IMG/VR virus record: IMGVR_UViG_3300028591_005215 | Coordinates: 64,001 to 128,000 of that record | DNA from: a virus | Lineage: Duplodnaviria; Caudoviricetes | Direction: 5' to 3' (one strand) | DNA length: 64,000 nucleotides | In this document: positions 8,904-17,358 of the stretch, one piece after another | Position numbering within the stretch: the stretch's first letter is position 1 | Layout of the letters: every line of letters starts with the position of its first letter | Position numbers and translations under genes: made by a program | The notes under the pieces: generated by a model | Told to the model about the DNA's origin: nothing | The model's database searches: none | What the model saw: the letters and a program-made list of their open reading frames with translations, nothing else

Positions 8904-9060
8904 AAACATTGATATTAACATAAGTAATACATATGTTGGCAAAGCCTTAGTTGATATAGTATTTCATCGAATTCGTCCAATGGTGATTGGAAATAAAGAC
9001 GTTAATTCTATAGAAATGGATAAACCAACAGGTATTTTATTTTATATTGATTTTAAATAA
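8893..9060 (+). CDS. Small protein resembling the Gol-peptide region of the major capsid protein
   Basis: HRIRPMVIGNKDVNSIEMDKPTGILFYI vs own MCP RRVFSKLLANDIVSVQAMNLPVGKLFFI; ATG 8893 overlaps the upstream gene end. Confidence 0.65.
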   Translation: MRNENIDINISNTYVGKALVDIVFHRIRPMVIGNKDVNSIEMDKPTGILFYIDFK

Positions 9061-9066
9061 AAAAAT

Positions 9067-9543
9067 ATGAGTGCAATTATAATTAGTGCTTTCCCTGGTA
9101 TGGGAAAAAGTTATGCTTTTAATGCTTTAAAGGACAAAATTAAAATATTAGATAGTGACTCTAGTAAATTTAATAAAGATGAATTTCCTTCAAATTATAT
9201 CAAGCATATAAAAGATAATATAGCAGATAATGATATAATTTTTGTATCATCGCACAAAGAAGTACGTGATGCATTAGAAATTGAAGGAATTGATTATGAT
9301 TTATTTTACCCATCTAAAGAGCGTAGGAATGAGTTTTTAGAAAATTATGTTAGTAGACATTCCCCAAGTGGGCTAATTCAAAAAATAGATAATAATTGGC
9401 CAGAATGGATAGATGAAATAGATGGTGAAGTAAGTAAACATTGCCATAAACATTGCCTAAAAAATAAAGGTGAATTTATTTTAAATAACCCTATGATTAT
9501 GTCGTTTGTGTCACAAGTTATTGACGAAAAAGAAAATAAGTAA
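9067..9543 (+). CDS. P-loop NTPase / kinase-like protein
   Basis: N-terminal AFPGMGKS Walker A followed by DSDSS. Confidence 0.65.
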   Translation: MSAIIISAFPGMGKSYAFNALKDKIKILDSDSSKFNKDEFPSNYIKHIKDNIADNDIIFVSSHKEVRDALEIEGIDYDLFYPSKERRNEFLENYVSRHSPSGLIQKIDNNWPEWIDEIDGEVSKHCHKHCLKNKGEFILNNPMIMSFVSQVIDEKENK

Positions 9544-9554
9544 CTTATTAAAAA

Positions 9555-10535
9555 ATGATTATGAACAACGTAGATAAGCAATATTTAAATTTACTTACTG
9601 ACATTAAAAATAATGGAGCTTTAAAATCAACAAGAAGTGGTGATGTACTATCAGTATTTTCACGTACAATGCGATTTAATTTAAAAGAAGGCTTTCCATT
9701 ACTAACAACCAAAAAAGTCTTTTACAGAGGGGTTATAGAAGAATTATTATGGTTTATAAGCGGTTCTACTAACATAAAGGCTTTAACAGATAAAAACGTA
9801 CATATATGGGATGATGATGCTTATAGGCATTATAAGTCATTGATAAAAAAACACAATTCGCTTACAAATGCGTTAGATAATGACGTTAAAGTCGCACTAA
9901 ATAAAGATGAATTTATTAAAAAAGTTTCCGAAGAAGGATTTGAAGATTTACTATATAGTCCCGATGGATATAGAATGCGATATATTTATGGTGATTTAGG
10001 CCCTGTATATGGTAAACAATGGAGAAGATTTGGAAATAGTGGCGTTGACCAAATAAAAAAAATAATTGACACATTAAAAACAAATCCTAATGATAGAAGA
10101 TTACTTTGTGTTGCATTTAACCCATCGGATTTAGATGAAATGGCATTACCTCCTTGTCATGTAATGTTTCAATTCTATGTGCGTGAATTAAATGATGGCA
10201 AATATGGGCTAAGTTGTAAATGGACGCAAAGAAGCGTAGATAGCTTTTTAGGTTTGCCATTTAACATAGCAAGTTATGCAGCGTTAACATATATGATTGC
10301 AGAAGTTGTTGGAATGGTACCAGATGAATTGATTGCCGATTTAGGTGATACTCATATTTACTGTAACCAAATGAAAGCTGTTGATGAACAATTAACAAGG
10401 AAAGGGTTTGATACATTACCTACTTTAAAATTTGGAAGAAAAATTGATGATATAGATGACTTCAAATATGAAGACTTTATAATAGAAAATTATAAAAGTG
10501 ATAGTACAATAAAAGCACCTTTAAGTGTTGGGTAA
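9555..10535 (+). CDS. thyA: Thymidylate synthase
   Basis: FPLLTTKK, ELLWF, GDLGPVYGKQWR, ALPPCH, QRSVDSFLGLPFN, GDTHIY. Confidence 0.97.
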   Translation: MIMNNVDKQYLNLLTDIKNNGALKSTRSGDVLSVFSRTMRFNLKEGFPLLTTKKVFYRGVIEELLWFISGSTNIKALTDKNVHIWDDDAYRHYKSLIKKHNSLTNALDNDVKVALNKDEFIKKVSEEGFEDLLYSPDGYRMRYIYGDLGPVYGKQWRRFGNSGVDQIKKIIDTLKTNPNDRRLLCVAFNPSDLDEMALPPCHVMFQFYVRELNDGKYGLSCKWTQRSVDSFLGLPFNIASYAALTYMIAEVVGMVPDELIADLGDTHIYCNQMKAVDEQLTRKGFDTLPTLKFGRKIDDIDDFKYEDFIIENYKSDSTIKAPLSVG

Positions 10536-10574
10536 AATAAAAGCGAAGCTTGAATAAGGCTTCGCTTTTATTTT
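10534..10574. terminator. Bidirectional intrinsic terminator
   Basis: AAAATAAAAGCGAAGC...GCTTCGCTTTTATTTT. Confidence 0.8.
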
Positions 10575-10578
10575 TTTC

Positions 10579-11463
10579 TTATCTTTTAAGGCCGAATATT
10601 CTTTTACCTCTAACACTTTTAGATGCTTCTGGATTTGTAGGTTTGCTTTGCATTATATATTTTTCATACATAGACGGGTCGTTTTTTGCTTTAATATACC
10701 ATTGCATAATAGCACTTTTTTCCTTTGTTGGCACAAATTTTAAGTATTGTTCCTTTTGCCCAAACGTAGCTGGTTGAAAGTCGTTTGTTAAATATTTAGT
10801 TTCATTACCAGTTCTATTATTAACACTGCGTTTTTTCCTTATCCAATTTATAGTACCTTCTGGATAGTTGCCATTACTATCAGCCACACCAACACTTATT
10901 CGCTCTAATGTACCACTTGATATTTGATTACATTTTAAGAAAGTTTTCTTTGCCACATCATATTTTGGGTTAAAAAACAAATTAGCCCAAACTGGTACAC
11001 CGCTATTATATATTTCCATAATAAGCATATAATAGCATCTGCATTTTTGCATAAATGTTTTTCTATCTGATGGTGATAAATGCTGCTTATCATAATCTGG
11101 TTCCAAATAAAATGTAGAAGGGTGCATACCAAATTTACCTATGTTAGTCTTTTCTTTTGTTGCAGGTGGTTCATTTGTTGCTGAATTATAGAATGCATGC
11201 ATATTATGCGAAATTTTTTCGTAAGTATCATATATAGCATCAACGATTTCATTCATTTGATTTTTTAAAGCCAAATCATAAGTAATTTTATCATTACTCA
11301 TAGTCTCATCACTTATTGATGGGTTTTTAAAATAGTCATTACCTAATTTTTGATAGAGTGCTAATCGCCTAACTGCGTCATCCATTGTTTTATCTTCCAA
11401 AACTAAATTGGTAAATATATTGTTAAATGTACTTTCAGATATAATAATAGTCTTTTTCATCAT
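10579..11463 (-). CDS. Hypothetical protein with MKKTIIISE leader
   Basis: 294 aa ORF; leader then LVLE; TTATTTAT variant upstream. Confidence 0.7.
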   Translation of the reverse strand: MMKKTIIISESTFNNIFTNLVLEDKTMDDAVRRLALYQKLGNDYFKNPSISDETMSNDKITYDLALKNQMNEIVDAIYDTYEKISHNMHAFYNSATNEPPATKEKTNIGKFGMHPSTFYLEPDYDKQHLSPSDRKTFMQKCRCYYMLIMEIYNSGVPVWANLFFNPKYDVAKKTFLKCNQISSGTLERISVGVADSNGNYPEGTINWIRKKRSVNNRTGNETKYLTNDFQPATFGQKEQYLKFVPTKEKSAIMQWYIKAKNDPSMYEKYIMQSKPTNPEASKSVRGKRIFGLKR

Positions 11464-11512
11464 CTATAATATTTATTAATAAATAACTAATTAAAAAGAA
11501 AAAAACGATTAT

Positions 11513-11770
11513 ATGATAGATAAAGGATATGATTCTTATGGTTATGATTTGTCAGAACAGTTTGTTCCATTGGCAGTACAATGTAATACCAGTTATGATG
11601 GCATAAAGAATAAAGATGGAATTAAATACACTGAAGCTGAATCATTTGCTTCCGAAGAAGGCGTAAAAGAAGCAGAATTAGTAGCCCCTTTATGTAATTT
11701 CAATAAAAACCAAAATGTTAAAATGATTAATGATGATGAAACTGTAAACGATAGAAAAACACAAAACTAA
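11513..11770 (+). CDS. Hypothetical protein
   Basis: 85 aa ORF colinear with the downstream operon. Confidence 0.55.
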   Translation: MIDKGYDSYGYDLSEQFVPLAVQCNTSYDGIKNKDGIKYTEAESFASEEGVKEAELVAPLCNFNKNQNVKMINDDETVNDRKTQN

Positions 11771-11782
11771 AATATTTTTTTA

Positions 11783-14761
11783 ATGAAAAAAATAATATTA
11801 AATGAACATAAACTTTTAAATTTAAGAGAAAGTATAATAAACGAGCTTAATTTGAATCCAGAGTCAGACATGGGTTCAAATAATGATGTGTTTTATTTTG
11901 CTTTATATAAAGGTGATATTGCTATATACACAGATGATAACCCATTATCATTAAAAAGCATGTTAAATAGTCATAAGAGCGAATTAAAGGATTATTTAAA
12001 TGATTTAGATGTAGCAATTGAAAATCATGATATTGAAAATTATACAAAAATATTAGGCTCTAATTTCCCAAGACTTGTAACAGGCTGTTTCTATGGTAAT
12101 ACTTTAGAAATCACGCCTAATAGCACATATAATGTTTTAAACTCTACTGAACTCTATTCATTAAGTAAAATGTTTAGTTTAGATTACGTAAATGTTTATT
12201 ATGGGTCTAAAAAAATAAAAACTTCACAAATAAATAGAAATATAGAAAAACCAAAATCTTTTTATCATGGTACTACTTTAAAATTTGCAGAAGGAATACT
12301 TAAAAAAGGATTAAGAAGTAACCCTGAAAAAAGTAGATGGGATATTAAGCATAATGATACTGTGTTCATAACATCAAGCTTTGATATTGCAATGGAATAT
12401 GCTTCTATTGTTTCTGGTGATATGCCAATTAATGAAAAAAAATTTTATCCTTGTGTTATAGAATTTGATGGTGATAAACTTGATGAAAATAAATTTGTGT
12501 TTGACTATGATACATATAATTCTTATGCAAATGAAAGATTTGATAATGTGTATAACAACCAAATGGAAAAAAATGGTATAGACTATACTGATTACCATAA
12601 AGCAGATGCTATTGATAAAAAAGAAAACCCTGCTAAATATACAAAAATAGGGTATCGTGGGATTATTCACCCTAATGCTATTAAAAGTATTTGTATAGAC
12701 GGAATGCATGGGAAGGAATTTTATACGCCTCAAGAATATTTTAACAGTAAATATTACCAACTAAAAGAATCTAAACCTGATGGATATATAGGTGCTGAAG
12801 GTGATGGTGGTAGCAATGAATATTTTCATGTAGAACAAAATATTGAAGAAAATCAAGAATCGGAAGTAAAGGCTGATGAAGTAAGCCTTGACTCCTTTAA
12901 AAAAGAAGATACTTTAGCACCTAAAATTTGGAAAGGTGATAAATTAAATTCTAAAGTAAGGCTAAAACTATTAGATATTGCTGATGATTTTTGGGAAACT
13001 GTTAACGTTAATTGGGTTAAAAGAAAAGGTATTATTTTAACAGGTTCAATTTGTAATTACAATTGGTCTAAATTTTCAGACATTGATTTGCACATAATTG
13101 TAGATTTTTCTGAAGTTGATGAAAGGACAAATTTTGTTCAAGAATATTTCAATTCAAAAAAGAATGAATGGAATAATGAACATGAAGGGTTAAAAATTTA
13201 TGGTTTCAATGTTGAAGTATACGTAGAAGATATAAATGCTGAAACTGAATCTGGTGGGTTGTATGATTTGGAAGACAATAATTGGATAAAAAAACCTAAC
13301 CCGAATGATATACATTCCATTGCGCCTGACAGTAAAGAAATTAAACTTAAATCATCAAAAATAATGACTAAAATTGATGATTATATTGATTTAATGAATT
13401 CTACAAATGATGATGCACAACTAAGAAAAATTGGTAAGAAGGCACACAAATTGTTGAATAAGATTAAATCAATGCGTAAATTAGGCTTAAAGCGTGGAGG
13501 TGAAACTGACCCGTATAATATTATATATAAGGTATTAAGGAGAACTGAATATCTTGATAAGCTATGGGATATTTCAAGTAAATTGTATGATAAGCTTAAT
13601 TCTATCACTGAAAGTAGAATAATAAATGAATCTGCTTCAGTAGATTTATCAGAAGTAGGTGAAGTAGAATGGGAATTATCAATTGACCAAGATGATTATA
13701 AAGAATATCTTGAAGAAAATGGACTTGAAAATAGCAATGAAGTTTTAGCTGCGTATGTTAAAAACGAATTCCCTACTTTTGAATTAACATATTATGATAA
13801 TGAAGATTATCATTATTGTGGTGGCGATAGTGTTTATTGGGATGATTTGGTAGATATTTTTGGCGAAGATTGGGCTGAAAAAATGCTTAACACTTTCATA
13901 CAAAAAGGCGAAATAGATAAATACGACTTCTTCTCATACACAGGAAGATTTGAAACTTGCGAAATGTATGAAGATAGCCCTATAGATATTAACAATCCAT
14001 ATGAATTAAATTATCGTGCGTTACAATTATTTAGGCACGGTGGTTATTTTAAAGGCTGTAGGGGCTTTATTTTATCTGATGGTAACATTATATATACCGA
14101 AGGTGAACACAACGAAGTAACACGAATAAATGGTATTGATGATAAATTCCAATTTATTAAACTTGGTAACATTAGAATAATGCCTAATTCTATAGACATT
14201 GGCAGAGAGCCAACTTATGAGCAAAAAGAAGTTCTTAGAAAAGTTATAGCATCTTATTCTGATGAAGAATTATATATGGATGTATACAATGAAAAGGTAG
14301 GCGATGCTGGCGCCAAATATGTATGTCCTGATTGGAGATATGTGATTGGCGAGATAGATAGATTCTATGATAAAGGAATTAAGCCAATGGGTAGAAATGT
14401 CTATGAAAATAAAGGATATGTATTTGAGGAAGTAGTTGCTGATGGCAATTCTGAGCATAACCCATATATTAAAAAATGGAAGCACCAAAAAGATATACTT
14501 AGGAATTATATTATACAAACAGGCGAAATAATGCAAAGCATGGAGAACGGTAAACTTTACAAAGTTTTATATGATAAAGATTTATCTGTGTATTTGGGTG
14601 TTGAATATGCATATTGTATACAATATGACCCTAATAAATTGAAGCCTATAGGCGCAATATATATAAGACCATTAAGTTCTTTTACGTATGTAGTACAAAA
14701 TATTGAATATGACACAAGAGGGCATGATAATATTGAAGGTACTTCTGATGATATTGAATAA
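11783..14761 (+). CDS. Multidomain protein: ADP-ribosyltransferase-like domain, Pol-beta-type nucleotidyltransferase domain and unknown domains; MKKIILNE leader
   Basis: FYHGT...KGL...VFITSS...A..YA (ART-like); LTGS...SDIDLH...VEVYVE (NTase GS/DxD). Confidence 0.7.
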   Translation: MKKIILNEHKLLNLRESIINELNLNPESDMGSNNDVFYFALYKGDIAIYTDDNPLSLKSMLNSHKSELKDYLNDLDVAIENHDIENYTKILGSNFPRLVTGCFYGNTLEITPNSTYNVLNSTELYSLSKMFSLDYVNVYYGSKKIKTSQINRNIEKPKSFYHGTTLKFAEGILKKGLRSNPEKSRWDIKHNDTVFITSSFDIAMEYASIVSGDMPINEKKFYPCVIEFDGDKLDENKFVFDYDTYNSYANERFDNVYNNQMEKNGIDYTDYHKADAIDKKENPAKYTKIGYRGIIHPNAIKSICIDGMHGKEFYTPQEYFNSKYYQLKESKPDGYIGAEGDGGSNEYFHVEQNIEENQESEVKADEVSLDSFKKEDTLAPKIWKGDKLNSKVRLKLLDIADDFWETVNVNWVKRKGIILTGSICNYNWSKFSDIDLHIIVDFSEVDERTNFVQEYFNSKKNEWNNEHEGLKIYGFNVEVYVEDINAETESGGLYDLEDNNWIKKPNPNDIHSIAPDSKEIKLKSSKIMTKIDDYIDLMNSTNDDAQLRKIGKKAHKLLNKIKSMRKLGLKRGGETDPYNIIYKVLRRTEYLDKLWDISSKLYDKLNSITESRIINESASVDLSEVGEVEWELSIDQDDYKEYLEENGLENSNEVLAAYVKNEFPTFELTYYDNEDYHYCGGDSVYWDDLVDIFGEDWAEKMLNTFIQKGEIDKYDFFSYTGRFETCEMYEDSPIDINNPYELNYRALQLFRHGGYFKGCRGFILSDGNIIYTEGEHNEVTRINGIDDKFQFIKLGNIRIMPNSIDIGREPTYEQKEVLRKVIASYSDEELYMDVYNEKVGDAGAKYVCPDWRYVIGEIDRFYDKGIKPMGRNVYENKGYVFEEVVADGNSEHNPYIKKWKHQKDILRNYIIQTGEIMQSMENGKLYKVLYDKDLSVYLGVEYAYCIQYDPNKLKPIGAIYIRPLSSFTYVVQNIEYDTRGHDNIEGTSDDIE

Positions 14762-14788
14762 AAAATTACTACTTTTTAGATGAGAAAG

Positions 14789-14796
14789 ATATTTAT
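14789..14796 (+). promoter_or_regulatory. Candidate late promoter ATATTTAT (representative copy)
   Basis: Same 8-mer on the sense strand shortly upstream of about 15 structural/late genes (see findings). Confidence 0.6.
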
Positions 14797-14838
14797 ATAA
14801 AAAAATAAAAAATTAATATATATTAATAATTTAAAATT

Positions 14839-16335
14839 ATGAACAATAGCAAGGACGTAAATAGTCAGCTTTCAAGAATGAAAAGCCTTATGAAATTTGG
14901 CATTAACGAAGGCAAGAATGTTGCTTACACTGGTGTCGAATATCAGAAGGTTGGCGCTGATGGTAAATTATACGGTATTGTACGTGAAGGTGCTAAATAC
15001 TATATTAAGACTTCACCAAACAAAAAAGGACAATTAGCTGAAAATTTCGAATATATCGGTGGATTCAGAAACAGGAAAGACAATGAGTACAAAAGTTTTG
15101 CTGAAGCTCAGAAGCAGTTTGATTTAAAAATGATGAGTATCAATGAAGCCAATGCTCCTGAAAAGAAAATTATGGTTGAATCTTGGAATCCTGATAGACA
15201 AGAAGAATTGACTGTAGAATCAACTGAAAGGTTGAGAAAGGAAATCTCACGTGAACGTCAGATTATGATGAATGCTTCTCGCATCAATGAAAAGAAAGAG
15301 CAGAACTTAAAACCAATCGCTGAAGAAGCTTGCTCTTGCGAAGGCTGTGAAGCTGATGTGAAAGCACAAGGTAAAAACAATATTGGCAAACAGAAAGCAC
15401 CTCAGACAGGTGATGCAAAAAATGCAGTTAAAGATTTTAAAGCTGTAAAAGATTCTGATATGAAAGACATGAATGAAGCTGCCGAACCATTGGCATGGCA
15501 TTCAACAGGTAAAGATGCTTCTGGTAACATTGCTGACGAATATTTGGATAAATCGCACGGCACTGAAATTGGCGACTCAGCTCCTTTTGATGATGCTAAA
15601 GGCAAAGATATTACTGAAGACATTGATGACATTGATGGAGAAGCTGACGTAGAAGATGATAGTGCCTTGGCTGATGATGAAGATGGGTTCGGTGCTGAAG
15701 ATGACTTTGAAGACGAAGATAGTTTGGGTGCTGAAGATGATGATTTTGGTGCTGAAGAAGACGAAACTGACCCTGATATTCACGATTTACAAGACCAAAT
15801 TGCTGATTTGTCCGATAAGCTTGATTCAATATTAGCAGCTGTAGGTGGTGATGAGCCAACAGTTGATAGTAGTGATTATGAGGATGATGACCTTTATGGA
15901 GACGAAGATGATGACTTCGATGATGATGAAATGCCTATGGAATCTCGTAACCGTAGAGGTGTGCAAGTATATGAGTCACGTGCATTCAGAAGAATGATGG
16001 TTAATGAATCAAGACGTAATCGTGCTCGTAGGCTTAACGAAGATGAAAAAATGAAAGCTTTTTCTGATGCAGGTAGAGTTCCAAGTGGTAATATGAATAA
16101 ATTGAACGACTTTGGTAAACATCCAGCTTATCAGAAGAAAGTAATGGAATTGCCTAAGACTGCAAAGCAAGAATTCCCTGGATACTACGATATGAACGAT
16201 GAAAGTGTATATAACGAAAATCCATATGGTGAAAAAATTGGCAGCAGTGCTCCATTCGTAGTTGACCCAGAAGAAATAGAAAATACTATTGCAGAATCTA
16301 TTAAAAGGCATTTGGGAAAAAAATTCATACGATAA
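14839..16335 (+). CDS. Acidic prohead core/scaffold-like protein
   Basis: D/E-rich tracts, many (I/L/V/M)xE sites, late motif upstream, located in the head module. Confidence 0.6.
   Translation: MNNSKDVNSQLSRMKSLMKFGINEGKNVAYTGVEYQKVGADGKLYGIVREGAKYYIKTSPNKKGQLAENFEYIGGFRNRKDNEYKSFAEAQKQFDLKMMSINEANAPEKKIMVESWNPDRQEELTVESTERLRKEISRERQIMMNASRINEKKEQNLKPIAEEACSCEGCEADVKAQGKNNIGKQKAPQTGDAKNAVKDFKAVKDSDMKDMNEAAEPLAWHSTGKDASGNIADEYLDKSHGTEIGDSAPFDDAKGKDITEDIDDIDGEADVEDDSALADDEDGFGAEDDFEDEDSLGAEDDDFGAEEDETDPDIHDLQDQIADLSDKLDSILAAVGGDEPTVDSSDYEDDDLYGDEDDDFDDDEMPMESRNRRGVQVYESRAFRRMMVNESRRNRARRLNEDEKMKAFSDAGRVPSGNMNKLNDFGKHPAYQKKVMELPKTAKQEFPGYYDMNDESVYNENPYGEKIGSSAPFVVDPEEIENTIAESIKRHLGKKFIR
16314..16323 (+). 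other. Putative -1 ribosomal frameshift site G GGA AAA (AAA)
   Basis: X XXY YYZ heptamer a few codons before the stop; -1 frame open into ORF 16386. Confidence 0.6.
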
Positions 16336-16385
16336 CTGAAAAGTATGTAATTAAAGTACCAAAACAGTATACAGCACCAGACCCT

Positions 16386-16844
16386 ATGGGTGGTGCTGAC
16401 CCTATGATGGGAAATGACCCTATGGGTGGTGCTGACCCTATGGCAGGTAATGAACCTGCAGGTGGCAATGACCCTATGAATGATAGTGACCCTATGGGTG
16501 ATGGTGCTGATAATCAATCACAAGATTCTGACCAACAAGAATTGGATGATATTTTCAATAGTGCAAGTATTGAAACTAAAAATGCAATTCTAAAATACGC
16601 AAAAAGTCAATCCAAAAATGATAGCGGAAATGACGGTAACGAAGAAGATAGTCAAGAACCTATGCCAGAAATGCCTATGGAATCAAGGAAATATCATAAT
16701 AAGTTAGTTAATGAAATTGTTAACGGTATTATTGGTGATTTGGATATGAATGATAGAGAAGGTATTAAAGGCACTAAACGTGATGAAAAAAAAATTACTA
16801 ATAAAAGGGTAAAAAGAAATAATCCTTTTGTAGCAGGAAGGTAA
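16386..16844 (+). CDS. Low-complexity DPM-repeat protein; probable frameshift extension of ORF 14839
   Basis: Frame open from 16305; GACCCTATG repeats; shares the EMPMESR peptide with the upstream ORF. Confidence 0.65.
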   Translation: MGGADPMMGNDPMGGADPMAGNEPAGGNDPMNDSDPMGDGADNQSQDSDQQELDDIFNSASIETKNAILKYAKSQSKNDSGNDGNEEDSQEPMPEMPMESRKYHNKLVNEIVNGIIGDLDMNDREGIKGTKRDEKKITNKRVKRNNPFVAGR

Positions 16845-16848
16845 ATAT

Positions 16849-16876
16849 AAGGGAAGTCTAACAGACTTCCCTTTTT
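16849..16876 (+). terminator. Intrinsic terminator
   Basis: AAGGGAAGTCT-AAC-AGACTTCCCTTTTT. Confidence 0.8.
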
Positions 16877-16913
16877 GCTTTATATAGAATATTTATATTA
16901 AAAAGTTTCATAT

Positions 16914-17357
16914 ATGAAAAAAATAATTTTTGAAAAAAGACAACTTAAACTTATAGAAAATGAATTAACGTTTAATTCAGATTCTTTAAATAACGGTACA
17001 AATATAAATAAAGAAGCTAATGTAACGCCTTCAGCAACAGGTAGTTCTAATATTTCAAGTGATTTAAATACTGCTAAGGCTGATAATCCTGAAGCAAATA
17101 CATTTAATGTTAATTTATCAAACTATGCTGATAAAAATAAATCAGTTACACCAACAATTGCTAATTTTAATGTTAACGGTACTTCAGATGCGTCTAAAAC
17201 AATAGACAGTGCAATTAAATCTGACCCACAATTGGCTGCTGCTGTAAACAATGGCACTGCAATAGGTAAAATACATATGAAAGGTGCGTCAACTAATTTA
17301 GGGGAATCAATTAATTTTACTAAAAAAGAATTAGATAACTTTTTAAAAAAATTATAA
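16914..17357 (+). CDS. Hypothetical protein with MKKIIFE leader
   Basis: Leader ..LKLIE; C-terminal LGES..FTKKEL; ATATTTAT at 16889. Confidence 0.7.
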   Translation: MKKIIFEKRQLKLIENELTFNSDSLNNGTNINKEANVTPSATGSSNISSDLNTAKADNPEANTFNVNLSNYADKNKSVTPTIANFNVNGTSDASKTIDSAIKSDPQLAAAVNNGTAIGKIHMKGASTNLGESINFTKKELDNFLKKL

Positions 17358-17358
17358 T

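Noticed and set aside
16378-16500. GACCCTATG repeats as iterons or a mini-CRISPR
   Set aside because: They keep frame and encode DPM peptide repeats
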